Of a DNA stretch of 64,000 bases, positions 1 to 9,404 are shown piece after piece; the first letter of the stretch is position 1; the number at the start of each line of letters is the position of its first letter. Source of the DNA: an uncultured virus (IMG/VR IMGVR_UViG_3300032305_002648) (Duplodnaviria > Heunggongvirae > Uroviricota > Caudoviricetes). Where the stretch lies: the IMG/VR virus record IMGVR_UViG_3300032305_002648, one strand, 5' to 3'. The notes under the pieces are model-generated. The model did no database searches. It was not told where the DNA came from and worked only from the letters and a program-made list of their open reading frames with translations. The translations under genes and the position numbers were made by a program.

Positions 1-1
1 C

Positions 2-394
2 GACCAACAACACCCGATCATCCCGCCGCCTCAGTTGGTGCAGCAGTGGTTTATGGAGCAACGCGGCCTTCCTGAGGCAAGCCGACAAAACATCGCCACC
101 GCTGCCGCCCAATGGGGCGCCGACCAGGAGCTGGAGGCGTGCTGTGAGTGGACGACCGTCTGGATTTCAGCACCCGAAGCGTCCCAACTATTTGCCGCTC
201 GCCGCCCTAAGCCGCCAAGTTTGAAGGAGCAGGCGCTTGCATCGCTAGAAAAAATAATAAAAGATATTGAAATAAGAATGCCTCCTGCTACTGCAGTTGG
301 TTCTAGATACTCTGTTCAGCGGTCTAATGCTTTGCAAAAACTAGACACTAGTTTTGAAAACATCCGCCGCGCATTAGAACAACTCAATGACTGA
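2..394 (+). CDS. Hypothetical modular phage protein, 5' end outside window; paralogue of 10025..10336
   Basis: Frame is open from base 2 (DQQHPIIPPPQLVQQW); shares AAQWGADQELEACC and AARRPKPPSLK.QALA blocks with 10025..10336. Confidence 0.85.
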   Translation, partial: DQQHPIIPPPQLVQQWFMEQRGLPEASRQNIATAAAQWGADQELEACCEWTTVWISAPEASQLFAARRPKPPSLKEQALASLEKIIKDIEIRMPPATAVGSRYSVQRSNALQKLDTSFENIRRALEQLND

Positions 395-635
395 CCCCAC
401 CCCCAACAACCTCCCAGTGCCTACGCCGCTATCACCCGCTGCTCAGGCCGTAATGAATGCTTGGGTTGAGAACACACTCTATGCACCCATAGACAACGAA
501 CCATTGGCACTTGCCGCCGCCCTTCGTGCTGCTGCGGATCAACTTAGTTACAAACTTCCATTTGAAGATGATGGACGTGTAGACGTTTCTGATCTTCTCG
601 CCATCGCCACCGAACTAGAGGGCTTTAATGATTGA
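387..635 (+). CDS. Hypothetical phage protein (LSPAAQAV...LAAALRAAADQ...LLAIATELEG type)
   Basis: ATG overlaps upstream stop; motif pattern typical of cyanophage small proteins. Confidence 0.8.
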   Translation: MTDPTPNNLPVPTPLSPAAQAVMNAWVENTLYAPIDNEPLALAAALRAAADQLSYKLPFEDDGRVDVSDLLAIATELEGFND

Positions 636-722
636 CCAACGCATGATCCAAATGTTTATGCTTGGCTTTTTATGCAATCCCATTTTATGGATAGCAATTC
701 ATCACTTACTAAACTACAAACG

Positions 723-1127
723 ATGACTACCCCCGACCCCAACTTTCGCGCATTGTGCGCGGAGCTGCTTGACGAACTGCAATATCAAACTTCCTATGAG
801 ACTAATGCTGAATTACAAGACCGTGCCCGCGCCGCCTTAGCCACCCCACTAGGGCCGCCAAAGAATTGCTGGCTTGATGATGAGCCTGATCTGTGTCCTA
901 GCCAATGTGTATTTGACGATCCTTCAGAAGTAATTAGCAACTGCGATTATGCACGAACAATTAAATGTAAAACGGACTGTAAGTATTACCGTGCTGCCAC
1001 CCTACCGCCGGAGCCGCCGACGGATGATGAGCTGAGTGACTTGTGGACTATCTATGACGGGATTGTTGACTTGCGGGACTTTGTTACCGTTGCCCGCGCC
1101 GTCCTTGAGAGGTGGGGCAACCACTAA
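723..1127 (+). CDS. Hypothetical phage protein (FRALCAELL...PTDDEL...ARAVLERWG type) with Cys-rich insert
   Basis: ORF 672..1127, likely start at ATG 723. Confidence 0.75.
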   Translation: MTTPDPNFRALCAELLDELQYQTSYETNAELQDRARAALATPLGPPKNCWLDDEPDLCPSQCVFDDPSEVISNCDYARTIKCKTDCKYYRAATLPPEPPTDDELSDLWTIYDGIVDLRDFVTVARAVLERWGNH

Positions 1128-1170
1128 CAACTCCTGCCTTAATCAAACCTTAACCCCCGCACCTCTTATC

Positions 1171-1464
1171 ATGACTACCACCACCACAGCAGACCAGACC
1201 GATAGCCTCAGCTGGGCACCCCGCAACAGTACCTCCTACCGTGTGGTCTGGACCGGTACCCTCAACTCCGAAGTTGATCTCCAGCAGCTACAACCTTACG
1301 CCAACAACAAGAGCCGCCACCGTTGGGTCACCATCAGCTCTTGCAAAGCACAATCCAGACCCAGCCGCATGAAAGACCTCCAAATTGAACTCATGAATGC
1401 CTACCAATCTTTCTCCTATTGTTTCAACCTCAACACACCTACAACCCAAACCGATGCTAACTAA
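1171..1464 (+). CDS. Hypothetical protein
   Basis: ATG 1171 in ORF 1036..1464; packed with neighbours. Confidence 0.6.
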   Translation: MTTTTTADQTDSLSWAPRNSTSYRVVWTGTLNSEVDLQQLQPYANNKSRHRWVTISSCKAQSRPSRMKDLQIELMNAYQSFSYCFNLNTPTTQTDAN

Positions 1465-1690
1465 ACGCCGTGCCGCCAGACTTGGAAAAGCTTACTCTAC
1501 CGTCGCAATCAATGCCATCATTGGAATTGGCGTCATCGGCTTCATCCAAGCCCAGACAAACTCAACGACGATCTCCAACTGCCGATCCAATTTATACACC
1601 ATCAAAGCAGATTCCTCCCCTGTGGGGCCTACTTTCTTTTGTTTATCGCGGATGCAAGTATCTGGTCCAACGCTTTCAATCAAAGATTAA
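1454..1690 (+). CDS. Hypothetical membrane-anchored protein
   Basis: Basic N-terminus then hydrophobic stretch VAINAIIGIGVIGFI. Confidence 0.6.
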   Translation: MLTKRRAARLGKAYSTVAINAIIGIGVIGFIQAQTNSTTISNCRSNLYTIKADSSPVGPTFFCLSRMQVSGPTLSIKD

Positions 1691-1782
1691 CCCTTCCAAA
1701 TGACATTCACATTCGTGGCTTGGTTTATTATTGGATTTTTAATTGGCCAAATTCTTTCTAAAATAACCAGGAGACCTTGACC

Positions 1783-2040
1783 ATGACAAAACCAATCACC
1801 ATTGAACTTGAGGACCAGGACTATGCTTTCTTGTGTGATCTTGCCGGGGAAAATCTCTCTAATGCCGCTGAGTTTGCCGCGACCCTGGTTCAAAATGAAC
1901 TTGCGGTGTGGCGTGATGACATTAGGCAAGCAAGGAAAAGGCAGGAAGCTATGGATACATTGGATGAAGCAACTTGCATCATGTTGGGGGAGTTGATGGA
2001 TAGCCTGGGTGCGAAAGCAAAGGACTGTACAGTTACTTAG
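1783..2040 (+). CDS. Hypothetical protein, possible ribbon-helix-helix DNA-binding protein
   Basis: ITIELEDQDYAFL strand-helix pattern; GGAG upstream. Confidence 0.6.
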   Translation: MTKPITIELEDQDYAFLCDLAGENLSNAAEFAATLVQNELAVWRDDIRQARKRQEAMDTLDEATCIMLGELMDSLGAKAKDCTVT

Positions 2041-2297
2041 TCAAACAGCAACCAACACTGCCCGGTTCTCCACCTTCCCATCCACCCTATTCTGCATCGT
2101 GGCATAAGCTTCCTGCTTATCGCTACGGTGCTTTTTCTTTTGCTTGTCCGCCAGGTGAATGATAAGAGCGCGATCCATGGAATCAAATTGTATCTATTTA
2201 TACCATATCGCACAAACCGAAATGCAGTAGTTCGGTACGCTACACTCAACCAAAATTCGCAAAGTATAAACTTGAAAGGTAACAAAGCGGTACGACC

Positions 2298-2942
2298 GTG
2301 AAACTATCTTTGATTGATTTCTTCAAATACTATAAGGGCGAACCCCATCAAGAGGTTGCCATTCGATTGTTGGAGCAATCTTTGCCCGCCAATCTACTCG
2401 ACTCCGAACAACCCTGGTACAAAGAATGGCAGAAGAAAGATCCTGTCATCGCACCTTCACCTTCTACTCCTGCCGTTAAGCATACGGGTGCCATTGCCCT
2501 AATCAAAGAGTTTGAAGGTTGTGTTCTTCACGCATACCCAGATCCGGGTACAGGCGGTGCTCCTTATACCATTGGCTATGGAAACACCTTTTATAACGAT
2601 GGCTCCAGGGTGAAGCTAGGTCAAACAATCACGCAAGCCCAGGCCGAAGACATGTTGGCCCATGAAGTGGAGCGTGTTGCTGCAACCCTGGCTAAGTCAA
2701 TCCCGACCTGGAACCAGATGAATGTCAACCAGCAATCAGCCTTGATTAGCTTCAGCTATAACGTGGGGCCAGGCTGGTTTGGCTCTGACGGTTTCGGCAC
2801 GATCACGCGCACAGTACGCAATGCCCAGTGGTTTGCAGTACCCGATAGCCTCAAGCTTTACGTCAACCCCGGCACCTCAGTCACTGCAGGATTGAAGCGT
2901 CGTCGCGTTGCAGAAGGCGCACTCTGGTCTAAGGCTGCTTGA
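2298..2942 (+). CDS. Endolysin, GH24 phage lysozyme with N-terminal accessory domain
   Basis: LIKEFEG..L.AY.DP.....TIGYG catalytic segment, ALISFSYNVG, GLKRRRVAE. Confidence 0.95.
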   Translation: MKLSLIDFFKYYKGEPHQEVAIRLLEQSLPANLLDSEQPWYKEWQKKDPVIAPSPSTPAVKHTGAIALIKEFEGCVLHAYPDPGTGGAPYTIGYGNTFYNDGSRVKLGQTITQAQAEDMLAHEVERVAATLAKSIPTWNQMNVNQQSALISFSYNVGPGWFGSDGFGTITRTVRNAQWFAVPDSLKLYVNPGTSVTAGLKRRRVAEGALWSKAA

Positions 2943-3048
2943 TTGTGAAGAGTTGTAACGATACCCTGGCTTGCCTCCAGGAAGAATCCTAGAGTTGCGG
3001 CGGGCTTGCATCGCGCAAGCCTACCACTGTTCTGTATCGTACAATACA

Positions 3049-3342
3049 ATGTCCGATCACGTTTCAATTGAAGAAGCCACAATTAATCCTGCTGGTGATG
3101 TTGATGTTGTCGCAGTCTTTCGGGACTCTACTCACGTTCCTTCCACCAGTGGAAAGAAATCCAAACGCAAAACCCCAACCGGATCCGAACCTGTTTATTG
3201 CGCAGGTACAATTCCGATAACTGCTTTTCCTTCTTGGCTTGACATTAGTGGGGAAAGTGAAGTGGAATTGATCCAATTGATTGAACACTTTCAACTCTTG
3301 CCATCTGTAGAGGATTGGAAGTTACTAACTATTGCGGGCTAA
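3049..3342 (+). CDS. Hypothetical protein
   Basis: ATG 3049 within ORF 2971..3342. Confidence 0.6.
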   Translation: MSDHVSIEEATINPAGDVDVVAVFRDSTHVPSTSGKKSKRKTPTGSEPVYCAGTIPITAFPSWLDISGESEVELIQLIEHFQLLPSVEDWKLLTIAG

Positions 3343-3448
3343 TTGAGAACCATTCGCAATAACCACACCTAAAATGATCAACCTCCTTGTTGCTTCTCTT
3401 CGTATAATTAGCTCAGTTCTCAAACGCACGCCACGCAAACCGAAGGCT

Positions 3449-3778
3449 ATGCCCACGCCAACACCCGAAGAAAACTTCAAGGAGCGAGATTGTTTTACCA
3501 TTGATGCATGCCCTGACCCCTATTCGCTGCGGGCGATGTACATGATCGCCGCACAACGCACCAAGGCCAACGTAATGAAACAACCGTTTGTCGCTGGGTT
3601 CGTTGGGTTTCACGGTGAAAAGTACGTTGCATTTAATGAATTTGCACCAGCTGCCGCGCTTGCTCACGTGGATGCAGAGTTGGATATGCAGAAACTTGAA
3701 GTGGTGGAAATGCGTAAGTTACTTCAATATGTAGAAGACCAGCAAAAGAAAACCGGTGATCACCGCAAAACATGTTAA
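3449..3778 (+). CDS. Hypothetical protein (alternative start 3374)
   Basis: Open frame; stop codon lies inside the promoter of the downstream endonuclease. Confidence 0.6.
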   Translation: MPTPTPEENFKERDCFTIDACPDPYSLRAMYMIAAQRTKANVMKQPFVAGFVGFHGEKYVAFNEFAPAAALAHVDAELDMQKLEVVEMRKLLQYVEDQQKKTGDHRKTC

Positions 3779-3837
3779 AATTGTAGGGCAGCGAAGTTAC
3801 TAGCTTCCTGCCCCCGGCAACCTCTCTTACAGGTCAC
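3773..3837 (+). promoter_or_regulatory. Extended -10 promoter plus structured leader of HNH-AP2 copy 1
   Basis: TGtTAAAAT then hairpin GGGCAG-C-GAAG/CTTC-CTGCCC; conserved at 13340..13405 and 37371..37433. Confidence 0.8.
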
Positions 3838-4380
3838 ATGACTAAGCTAGCATACAATCCGCTCCCTTCGCTGGAGCTGCTTCAAGAACTTTTTGTGATT
3901 TCTTCCGACTCCCCAAGTGGGTTGCGATGGAAATCCCCTAAGGCAAGAAATGTTAAGGGCAATTACGTTGCGGGATCAAAAAGAGCAGATGGGTATTGGT
4001 ACGTAGGAGTGACAACAAATAAACAAAAACGATATTTAGCGCATAGAATTGTTTATTTTTTACAAACAAAACAAGACCCCGGTTTATATCAAGTGGATCA
4101 TGTCAACGGAACAAGTGATCCATTAACGCTTCGGTTGGCCATATATGTAGAAAACCAGGCAAACAGTAAAAAACGGCCGTCAGTAAATGGCCAAAAGTGC
4201 AGCAGCATGTATAAAGGCGTTACCTGGGATAAACAGGCTAAAAAATGGCGGGCCGGCATTGGGTTTAAGGGTAAAAAACTTTACCTGGGTATTTTTACTA
4301 ATGAAAAGGAAGCTGCTGCCGCCTACAATAAAGCAGCTATTAAATTTTTTGGTGAATTTGCAAACTTAAACAAAATTTAA
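3838..4380 (+). CDS. HNH-AP2 homing endonuclease-like protein (copy 1)
   Basis: YLAHRIVY, VDHVNG, SSMYKGV.W...KKW.A.I...LYLG.F....AA.AYN.AA...FGEFA; AT-rich relative to flanks. Confidence 0.92.
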   Translation: MTKLAYNPLPSLELLQELFVISSDSPSGLRWKSPKARNVKGNYVAGSKRADGYWYVGVTTNKQKRYLAHRIVYFLQTKQDPGLYQVDHVNGTSDPLTLRLAIYVENQANSKKRPSVNGQKCSSMYKGVTWDKQAKKWRAGIGFKGKKLYLGIFTNEKEAAAAYNKAAIKFFGEFANLNKI

Positions 4381-4442
4381 TGCCTCCGGTTTATTTGCTG
4401 GCGAGGGTAAACCACATAGGATTGAGAAACACCACTGAACAA

Positions 4443-4766
4443 ATGACCACGAATACCCTTGGCTACAACATCTGGTACGCCCTTTCCTACGAGCTTACCA
4501 ATCTTCTCATTGATTATGACGCCAAGTGGGAACTCAATCCCTGGGTATTAAAGGTCCGCAACTACTGCAAACCTGACTGGGTTGAATGGAAGACGCAATC
4601 CACAATGAAAAGCGTCGACCTACAGGCAGAATCCATCAAGGCTGTATGGCAAAAGCAGGACCAAATCCAAAACAAACCTGTCATCATTGAACATCGCCCT
4701 GATCAATCAAAAGCTCAATCATTACTTGGCGGTGAGCTGGAAATCAAAGCGCCGTACCACAATTAA
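4443..4766 (+). CDS. Hypothetical protein
   Basis: ATG 4443 within ORF 4380..4766. Confidence 0.65.
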   Translation: MTTNTLGYNIWYALSYELTNLLIDYDAKWELNPWVLKVRNYCKPDWVEWKTQSTMKSVDLQAESIKAVWQKQDQIQNKPVIIEHRPDQSKAQSLLGGELEIKAPYHN

Positions 4767-4770
4767 ATCC

Positions 4771-5277
4771 ATGACCACCACTATTCTGGAACTTGGCGGC
4801 AACATTTCCCGCCTTCAAAAAGTTATTGAGTTGGCGGTAAAGTTCCCCGACTCCCCAATCGTCATCTCTTCTGAAGGGTCAGCGCAGGAAGTCATCAACA
4901 CCATGGATGCTGCCGGTATTCCACGCAATCGCTGGACACTGGACTACACCGCATGGGACACCGTAACCAATTTCACATGCACACTTCCACTTCTTCGCAA
5001 ACTCAACACCGATAAAGTCCTTGTTGTTACTGACGGCTTTCACATGAAACGTGTGATGCGCATTGCTACAGCCGTCTACTTCAACAATGGCATTACGCCA
5101 GTAGCTCAACCTAGCAGTCCCGTGGACCATGCAGAAGACCCTAAGCTTGTTCGTCTTGACACTGCCCGTGCGTGGTTGTGGCGTGCAACAAATCAATTAC
5201 TGGCAGATCAAAAGGTTTACGACGACCGCATGCCCTACTATCTAGAGCAATATCGTATCGCCAAAACTGTACTATAG
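4771..5277 (+). CDS. YdcF/DUF218 (ElyC/SanA-like) protein
   Basis: ELGG...R, IVISS, AWDTVTN and VLVVTDGFHMKR motifs. Confidence 0.85.
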   Translation: MTTTILELGGNISRLQKVIELAVKFPDSPIVISSEGSAQEVINTMDAAGIPRNRWTLDYTAWDTVTNFTCTLPLLRKLNTDKVLVVTDGFHMKRVMRIATAVYFNNGITPVAQPSSPVDHAEDPKLVRLDTARAWLWRATNQLLADQKVYDDRMPYYLEQYRIAKTVL

Positions 5278-5315
5278 TCCGGCGCCGGCAGGGCATGATC
5301 TGCTATTGTGTGAAC

Positions 5316-5645
5316 ATGAATTTGGTTACTGCCATGCGCCTACGCAGCAAAGAAGAAGAGCAAGAGCTTGCTATGGAAGCGGAATTGCGCAAGAGCTTTA
5401 GCGAAAAGCTTAATGACATCATCCATACAATGGAAGATCTGATGCGTGATGATCTCTTCATTGATGTCATCACCAGTACGCAGGAGGCCAACCTGGACTC
5501 GTTCCTAGAATTTGCCCACGGCCTGGCCCAGCAGGTGAAGCCCGATCCGATTGTTGCATTTGATGTCACCCGGACGTTCGAGTACCAGGATGCTCTAGAG
5601 TCTGATGAACAAGCCTGGGAGGAGCGGCAATCGGCCCGCGCTTAA
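5316..5645 (+). CDS. Hypothetical acidic protein
   Basis: ATG 5316 within ORF 5172..5645. Confidence 0.7.
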   Translation: MNLVTAMRLRSKEEEQELAMEAELRKSFSEKLNDIIHTMEDLMRDDLFIDVITSTQEANLDSFLEFAHGLAQQVKPDPIVAFDVTRTFEYQDALESDEQAWEERQSARA

Positions 5646-5677
5646 TCCCGGTCCTGTTGTCCTTTCTCGGAAAAAAC

Positions 5678-5881
5678 ATGAACTTCGACTACATCGGGTA
5701 CGCCATGGCCAAGGCACAACTGGAAGTCCTCCAGGGTGGTCCGGTCCAGCCCGTCCTTAATGTTGGTGACTTCATGGAGCAACCACATGCCCCAAGCATT
5801 TTGTACCCGCACCATCAACAGGCACCTGTAGTTCAGGCGCAATCCTTCCAGTTCCCTGGCCCCTACGTCAGGTACTTTTGA
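5678..5881 (+). CDS. Hypothetical Gln/Pro-rich protein
   Basis: ATG 5678; open frame. Confidence 0.55.
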   Translation: MNFDYIGYAMAKAQLEVLQGGPVQPVLNVGDFMEQPHAPSILYPHHQQAPVVQAQSFQFPGPYVRYF

Positions 5882-6087
5882 TCGGAGCAACTATCTGGAA
5901 ATCCCGGATAGTTGCCCTTGAGTCGCCCCAAGATTTAAGGGCAACATAACCAACAAGCCGGGGCCCATGCAGTAAGCTGTGTGAGCCCCGCACTCCAGTC
6001 ATGTTAAGGCTTTTCAGCGTTACCAACCTTTGCTCTTGTATGGATTTATGCCTCGCATAATGAAGTACCGGAGAGCAAATAACACCA

Positions 6088-6258
6088 ATGGAAAACGCCG
6101 AAATCCACGCCAAAAAACTTGCATGGGCCGTACTATCTAGGGCCGCCAATGGTCGCTCTGAAGTCATCAAAGTCACTGATAGTGATGACGCCGACCAAAC
6201 TGTACGTGAACATCCCGACCTCTTTTATAAAAGTGGTCCCTGCCTTCTTCCTTTCTAA
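6088..6258 (+). CDS. Small hypothetical protein (56 aa, not in ORF track)
   Basis: MENAEIHAKKLAW...GPCLLPF; abuts next gene. Confidence 0.6.
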   Translation: MENAEIHAKKLAWAVLSRAANGRSEVIKVTDSDDADQTVREHPDLFYKSGPCLLPF

Positions 6259-6267
6259 TTTGATCCA

Positions 6268-6477
6268 ATGAAGCTCCCGATCACCGGTTACGTCGTCATG
6301 ATGCACCACGATGAGGTAGGTACATTTGCACCTGCTTTTCGTAGCATGGATCAAGCCGAAGAGTTTTCTAATGCCATGCGGCTTGTTACGGAGATGGCAG
6401 TAGCCGAACCTGTGCCAATGGTGCTGGCTACATCTGTTCCTTCACCGCATGAAGTGATGGGTTACGTTGAGCATTAA
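6268..6477 (+). CDS. Hypothetical protein
   Basis: Open frame with ATG. Confidence 0.65.
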   Translation: MKLPITGYVVMMHHDEVGTFAPAFRSMDQAEEFSNAMRLVTEMAVAEPVPMVLATSVPSPHEVMGYVEH

Positions 6478-6620
6478 AAAATTATGATAACGACATTCTG
6501 GCTAATTGTTGCCATTGTAAGCTTTGCTTTTGTTTATTTGATTCCCACCAGGCTATAGACTACAATTCTCAACATTTGTTGAAGCCGCTCATTTGTAAAA
6601 AATGTGGCGGTTTTTTATTG

Positions 6621-7049
6621 TCAATCGTTTGATTGGAGGGCTTGTCCCGCCATACGGCTATCGCCAGTAAAGGGTTGTGGCCTAAATATAGTTGACGGCA
6701 GCTGTGATTTAGGGATTCCCTTTAATACATTGTATGTATCGTTTGCTCTAATATACTCACCAATATCAAAAGAACTCCCAAATGGTCCAGAGGGTAAGGG
6801 ATTGGAAAACGTTTTGGTTTGATCTGACTTAATTGTCGGCGTAGGTGATTTAGCTATTTCGTCGCTCCAATAGGGGACTGAGGGTGGCGGTGGGGCCATA
6901 ACCTTCTGCCTGTTAAGGGCATCTTCATCATTAGCCTTCTGCTTGTTAAGGGAATCTTCACGCAGCGCTTTTTCAATATTGGCTTGTGTTGGCGCAACAC
7001 CACCATTTTGATATGTGGTAAGTTGCCCCGAAGAATTTGTGGCTCCCAT
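6621..7049 (-). CDS. Low-complexity protein with RMAG motif, candidate virion-internal protein
   Basis: Starts MGATNSS; Pro/Ser/Gln-rich; TAGAAT box upstream. Confidence 0.75.
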   Translation of the reverse strand: MGATNSSGQLTTYQNGGVAPTQANIEKALREDSLNKQKANDEDALNRQKVMAPPPPSVPYWSDEIAKSPTPTIKSDQTKTFSNPLPSGPFGSSFDIGEYIRANDTYNVLKGIPKSQLPSTIFRPQPFTGDSRMAGQALQSND

Positions 7050-7131
7050 CAACTTAATCCCAACTCAAAACATTCTACAATCAGCGTACTCACCGGAGAT
7101 ATGCTATCCTCTTGGTAGATAATGCAACACC

Positions 7132-7260
7132 ATGGCCCTTGTTATTTCGTGTTCAATCCCAGATAATTTAGTGGAAAGTTGGAAGGCTTCCGGGTTGGGT
7201 ATTTCTCCATCCAAGCTGTTTCAGACTGCCTTGGCCTATGTAGTTGGCACCAAGCTGTAA
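7132..7260 (+). pseudogene. Truncated 42 aa paralogue of 7879..8130
   Basis: MALVISCSIPDNLVESWKASGLGISPSKLFQTAL matches the first 34 aa of the longer copy, then diverges and stops. Confidence 0.75.
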
Positions 7261-7274
7261 GCAAAAAACAAACA

Positions 7275-7321
7275 ACAAAAAACTGCACCGCCTAGTTTAT
7301 AGGTAGTGCAGTTTTTGTTTT
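7275..7321. terminator. Bidirectional intrinsic terminator
   Basis: aaaaactgcac...gtgcagttttt stem with A and T tails between convergent genes. Confidence 0.8.
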
Positions 7322-7796
7322 AATTGATTGACTTTTTTGATCGCCTACGTGCTTCATCTGTATAAGAACGCCACTGCGCTTGTGCTTGTGTTTCCGCCAA
7401 TTGCCCTAGTGTAGATTGTGCATCTCCCGCCATGCGCCCAGGTGCTGTTGATGAGGTAGACAATTGACTGCTGGGCTTACTCCAATAGGAACCAGATGTA
7501 GCGGGTGGAGCGGGGGCTGGTGTAGGTGTTGTTGATTTGGTTAAGTAGTACGGCGTAGGTGCAGGAGTTGGGGCAGCTACGGATGCGGGTACTGGTACAG
7601 GTGGCGGCGGGGGTGGTTGTGAACCGGTTAGCGATGTACCTGCTTTTGATTTTAGTTGTTTCTGTTGCGCTTGTTCTTCGGGATTAAGTTGTTTCCATCC
7701 TTCAAACTCTTTTCCGCGTTGATACACCCAACCATCTGGAGGATTTTGGCGTAAGTCCGACCCAGAACTGCTTGCACCTGAAGAGGATGCCCCCAT
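7320..7796 (-). CDS. Low-complexity Pro/Ser-rich protein with RMAG motif
   Basis: Starts MGASSS; PPPPPP and PTPAP tracts. Confidence 0.75.
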   Translation of the reverse strand: MGASSSGASSSGSDLRQNPPDGWVYQRGKEFEGWKQLNPEEQAQQKQLKSKAGTSLTGSQPPPPPPVPVPASVAAPTPAPTPYYLTKSTTPTPAPAPPATSGSYWSKPSSQLSTSSTAPGRMAGDAQSTLGQLAETQAQAQWRSYTDEARRRSKKSIN

Positions 7797-7878
7797 CAAC
7801 TTAATCCCAACTCAAGACATTCTACAATCAGCATACTCACCGGATATATGCTATCCTCTTGGTAGATAGTGCGACACC

Positions 7879-8130
7879 ATGGCTCTCGTTATTTCGTGTT
7901 CAGTACCGGACAGTTTGGTGGAAAGGTGGAAGGAGTCCGGGTTAGATATTTCCCCGTCCAAGTTGTTCCAGACTGCCTTGGAAACTGAATTGACGCAGAC
8001 GAATAAGCACTTGGTGTATTGGTCAACTCGTGCATTAGCTGCAGAGAAAAAACTGGAAGCAATTAAGCAGCTATCAAGTTCTGATGATCGCCAGGTAAAG
8101 AAATTTTTGGCGTGGAATGAATTGAGCTGA
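7879..8130 (+). CDS. Ribbon-helix-helix protein resembling CcdA-type antitoxins
   Basis: ISCSVPDSLVERWKESGLDISPSKLFQTALETEL pattern. Confidence 0.6.
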   Translation: MALVISCSVPDSLVERWKESGLDISPSKLFQTALETELTQTNKHLVYWSTRALAAEKKLEAIKQLSSSDDRQVKKFLAWNELS

Positions 8131-8205
8131 GGTCAGGGCTTCAAGAAACTTATTGAAAGCGGTGCAATTTTTGGTTTAGGATAGTGGCTGTCCTTTTGTT
8201 CCTAC

Positions 8206-8382
8206 ATGTCAACATCCGCGACGGCAATTACGAACGGTAAATTTCTTGCCGATCTAAAAAAATTGCAAGCAACCGGTATTTTGCATAAGACTGATACGGT
8301 TGCGGACTTCTTGGATAAGTGCACAATGCGTGGATATAATGATTACTTGAAAGATTTGGCACAAGAAGAAGATTCCCCGTGA
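8206..8382 (+). CDS. Small hypothetical protein (58 aa, not in ORF track)
   Basis: MSTSATAITNGKFL...EEDSP. Confidence 0.5.
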   Translation: MSTSATAITNGKFLADLKKLQATGILHKTDTVADFLDKCTMRGYNDYLKDLAQEEDSP

Positions 8383-8710
8383 GGAATCATTAAGACAATA
8401 TTAAAAACGTTATTTTTCGTTGATTTTAAATGTACCCCTTGGTTATTGCGCCAGGGGGTCAACAACCACAACAGCCTATATATTGAAGAATATAAACAAT
8501 AGAACAAACAATGAAAGCTAAGTGAAGAAAAAAGTAGGCCAAGGAGTCCGTCCTCAGCCCACAGTATCCCACACCACGGAATCATAGCACTTTTCTAAAG
8601 CCAGCGGGTAACAAATCTTCATCGATCTTGTTGCAAAGCTTAACCGCATAGGGGGTTGTCTGGTACAAGTCAGGCGCTACACTGACAGGGTTCAAGACAC
8701 CCATCCAACC

Positions 8711-9151
8711 ATGTCCCACTTTACTTTCAAGTCCGTCCAGTCCTTAGCAATCACTGCCGAGGACCAGCCCTCTATCGACATCCAAAACAACCAGTTGATC
8801 CTCACCGCTCATCGCAAGGGTGAAGTCATTCAAATTACCGCACCAGTTGATGGTCTGCTCCCCCGCGTAGCTAAAACTACCATCAAAACGCCCCTCAAAA
8901 AACGTACTAACCCCATGGCCGGCAAGTCCGTCCCAGTCACCCATCATCTGGTTGGTACCAACAACCCAAACGCCAAGCTAAACGAAGCAAAGGTGCGTGA
9001 GATTCGCCAAATGTATGCAAACAAAGAGTTGGCCGCTAGCTACAACAGCAACCACGCTTTTATTTGCGCCATTGCGGAGATCTACTGCATCCACTTCGGT
9101 ACGATCATGAATGTTGTCAACGGCACCAGTTGGAAGCACGTTAAAAATTGA
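8711..9151 (+). CDS. DNA-binding protein with C-terminal HTH of the type appended to HNH endonucleases
   Basis: GTNNPNAKLNEAKVREIR...IAEIY.....I..VV.G.SWKHV. Confidence 0.75.
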   Translation: MSHFTFKSVQSLAITAEDQPSIDIQNNQLILTAHRKGEVIQITAPVDGLLPRVAKTTIKTPLKKRTNPMAGKSVPVTHHLVGTNNPNAKLNEAKVREIRQMYANKELAASYNSNHAFICAIAEIYCIHFGTIMNVVNGTSWKHVKN

Positions 9152-9188
9152 ATTTCCATTTTTACAACCTTTTGTTATTTCCTGAAAA

Positions 9189-9401
9189 ATGACTGAATCT
9201 ATTGACACCAGCACTAATTCCCTCACCTGTACATACGATGAGGAAACTAATGTCATCCATTTTGAGTGGGATGCCGAAGCAAACCCTGAGTACAATTACT
9301 TGCTTGATATTGCCCCGGAAGAATTGATTCAAAAGATGGTGGGCTGGATTAAAGATGGAGCAACAAGTGATGACGTTGTTGCAGGTACAACCAAGGATTA
9401 A
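9189..9401 (+). CDS. Hypothetical acidic protein
   Basis: Open frame directly before thyX. Confidence 0.7.
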   Translation: MTESIDTSTNSLTCTYDEETNVIHFEWDAEANPEYNYLLDIAPEELIQKMVGWIKDGATSDDVVAGTTKD

Positions 9402-9404
9402 ATC

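Larger units (their letters stand above)
7044..7980. repeat. Direct duplication of a ~190 bp divergent promoter cassette (7044..7233 and 7791..7980)
   Basis: cccatcaacttaatcccaactcaa...atgctatcctcttggtagata...atggc.ct.gttatttcgtgttca repeated at offset 747. Confidence 0.95.

Noticed and set aside
2037..2285. 82 aa - strand ORF upstream of the endolysin
   Set aside because: TTG start and no recognisable motif; could be real but not supportable from the sequence alone.
3773..4380. IscB/HEARO-type RNA-guided nuclease
   Set aside because: Protein is ~180 aa HNH-AP2 with no RuvC motifs and the leader is only ~55 nt.
6621..7796. N-myristoylation signals (MGxxxS)
   Set aside because: Pattern is weak in Ser-rich sequence and no N-myristoyltransferase is expected in the host or seen in the window.
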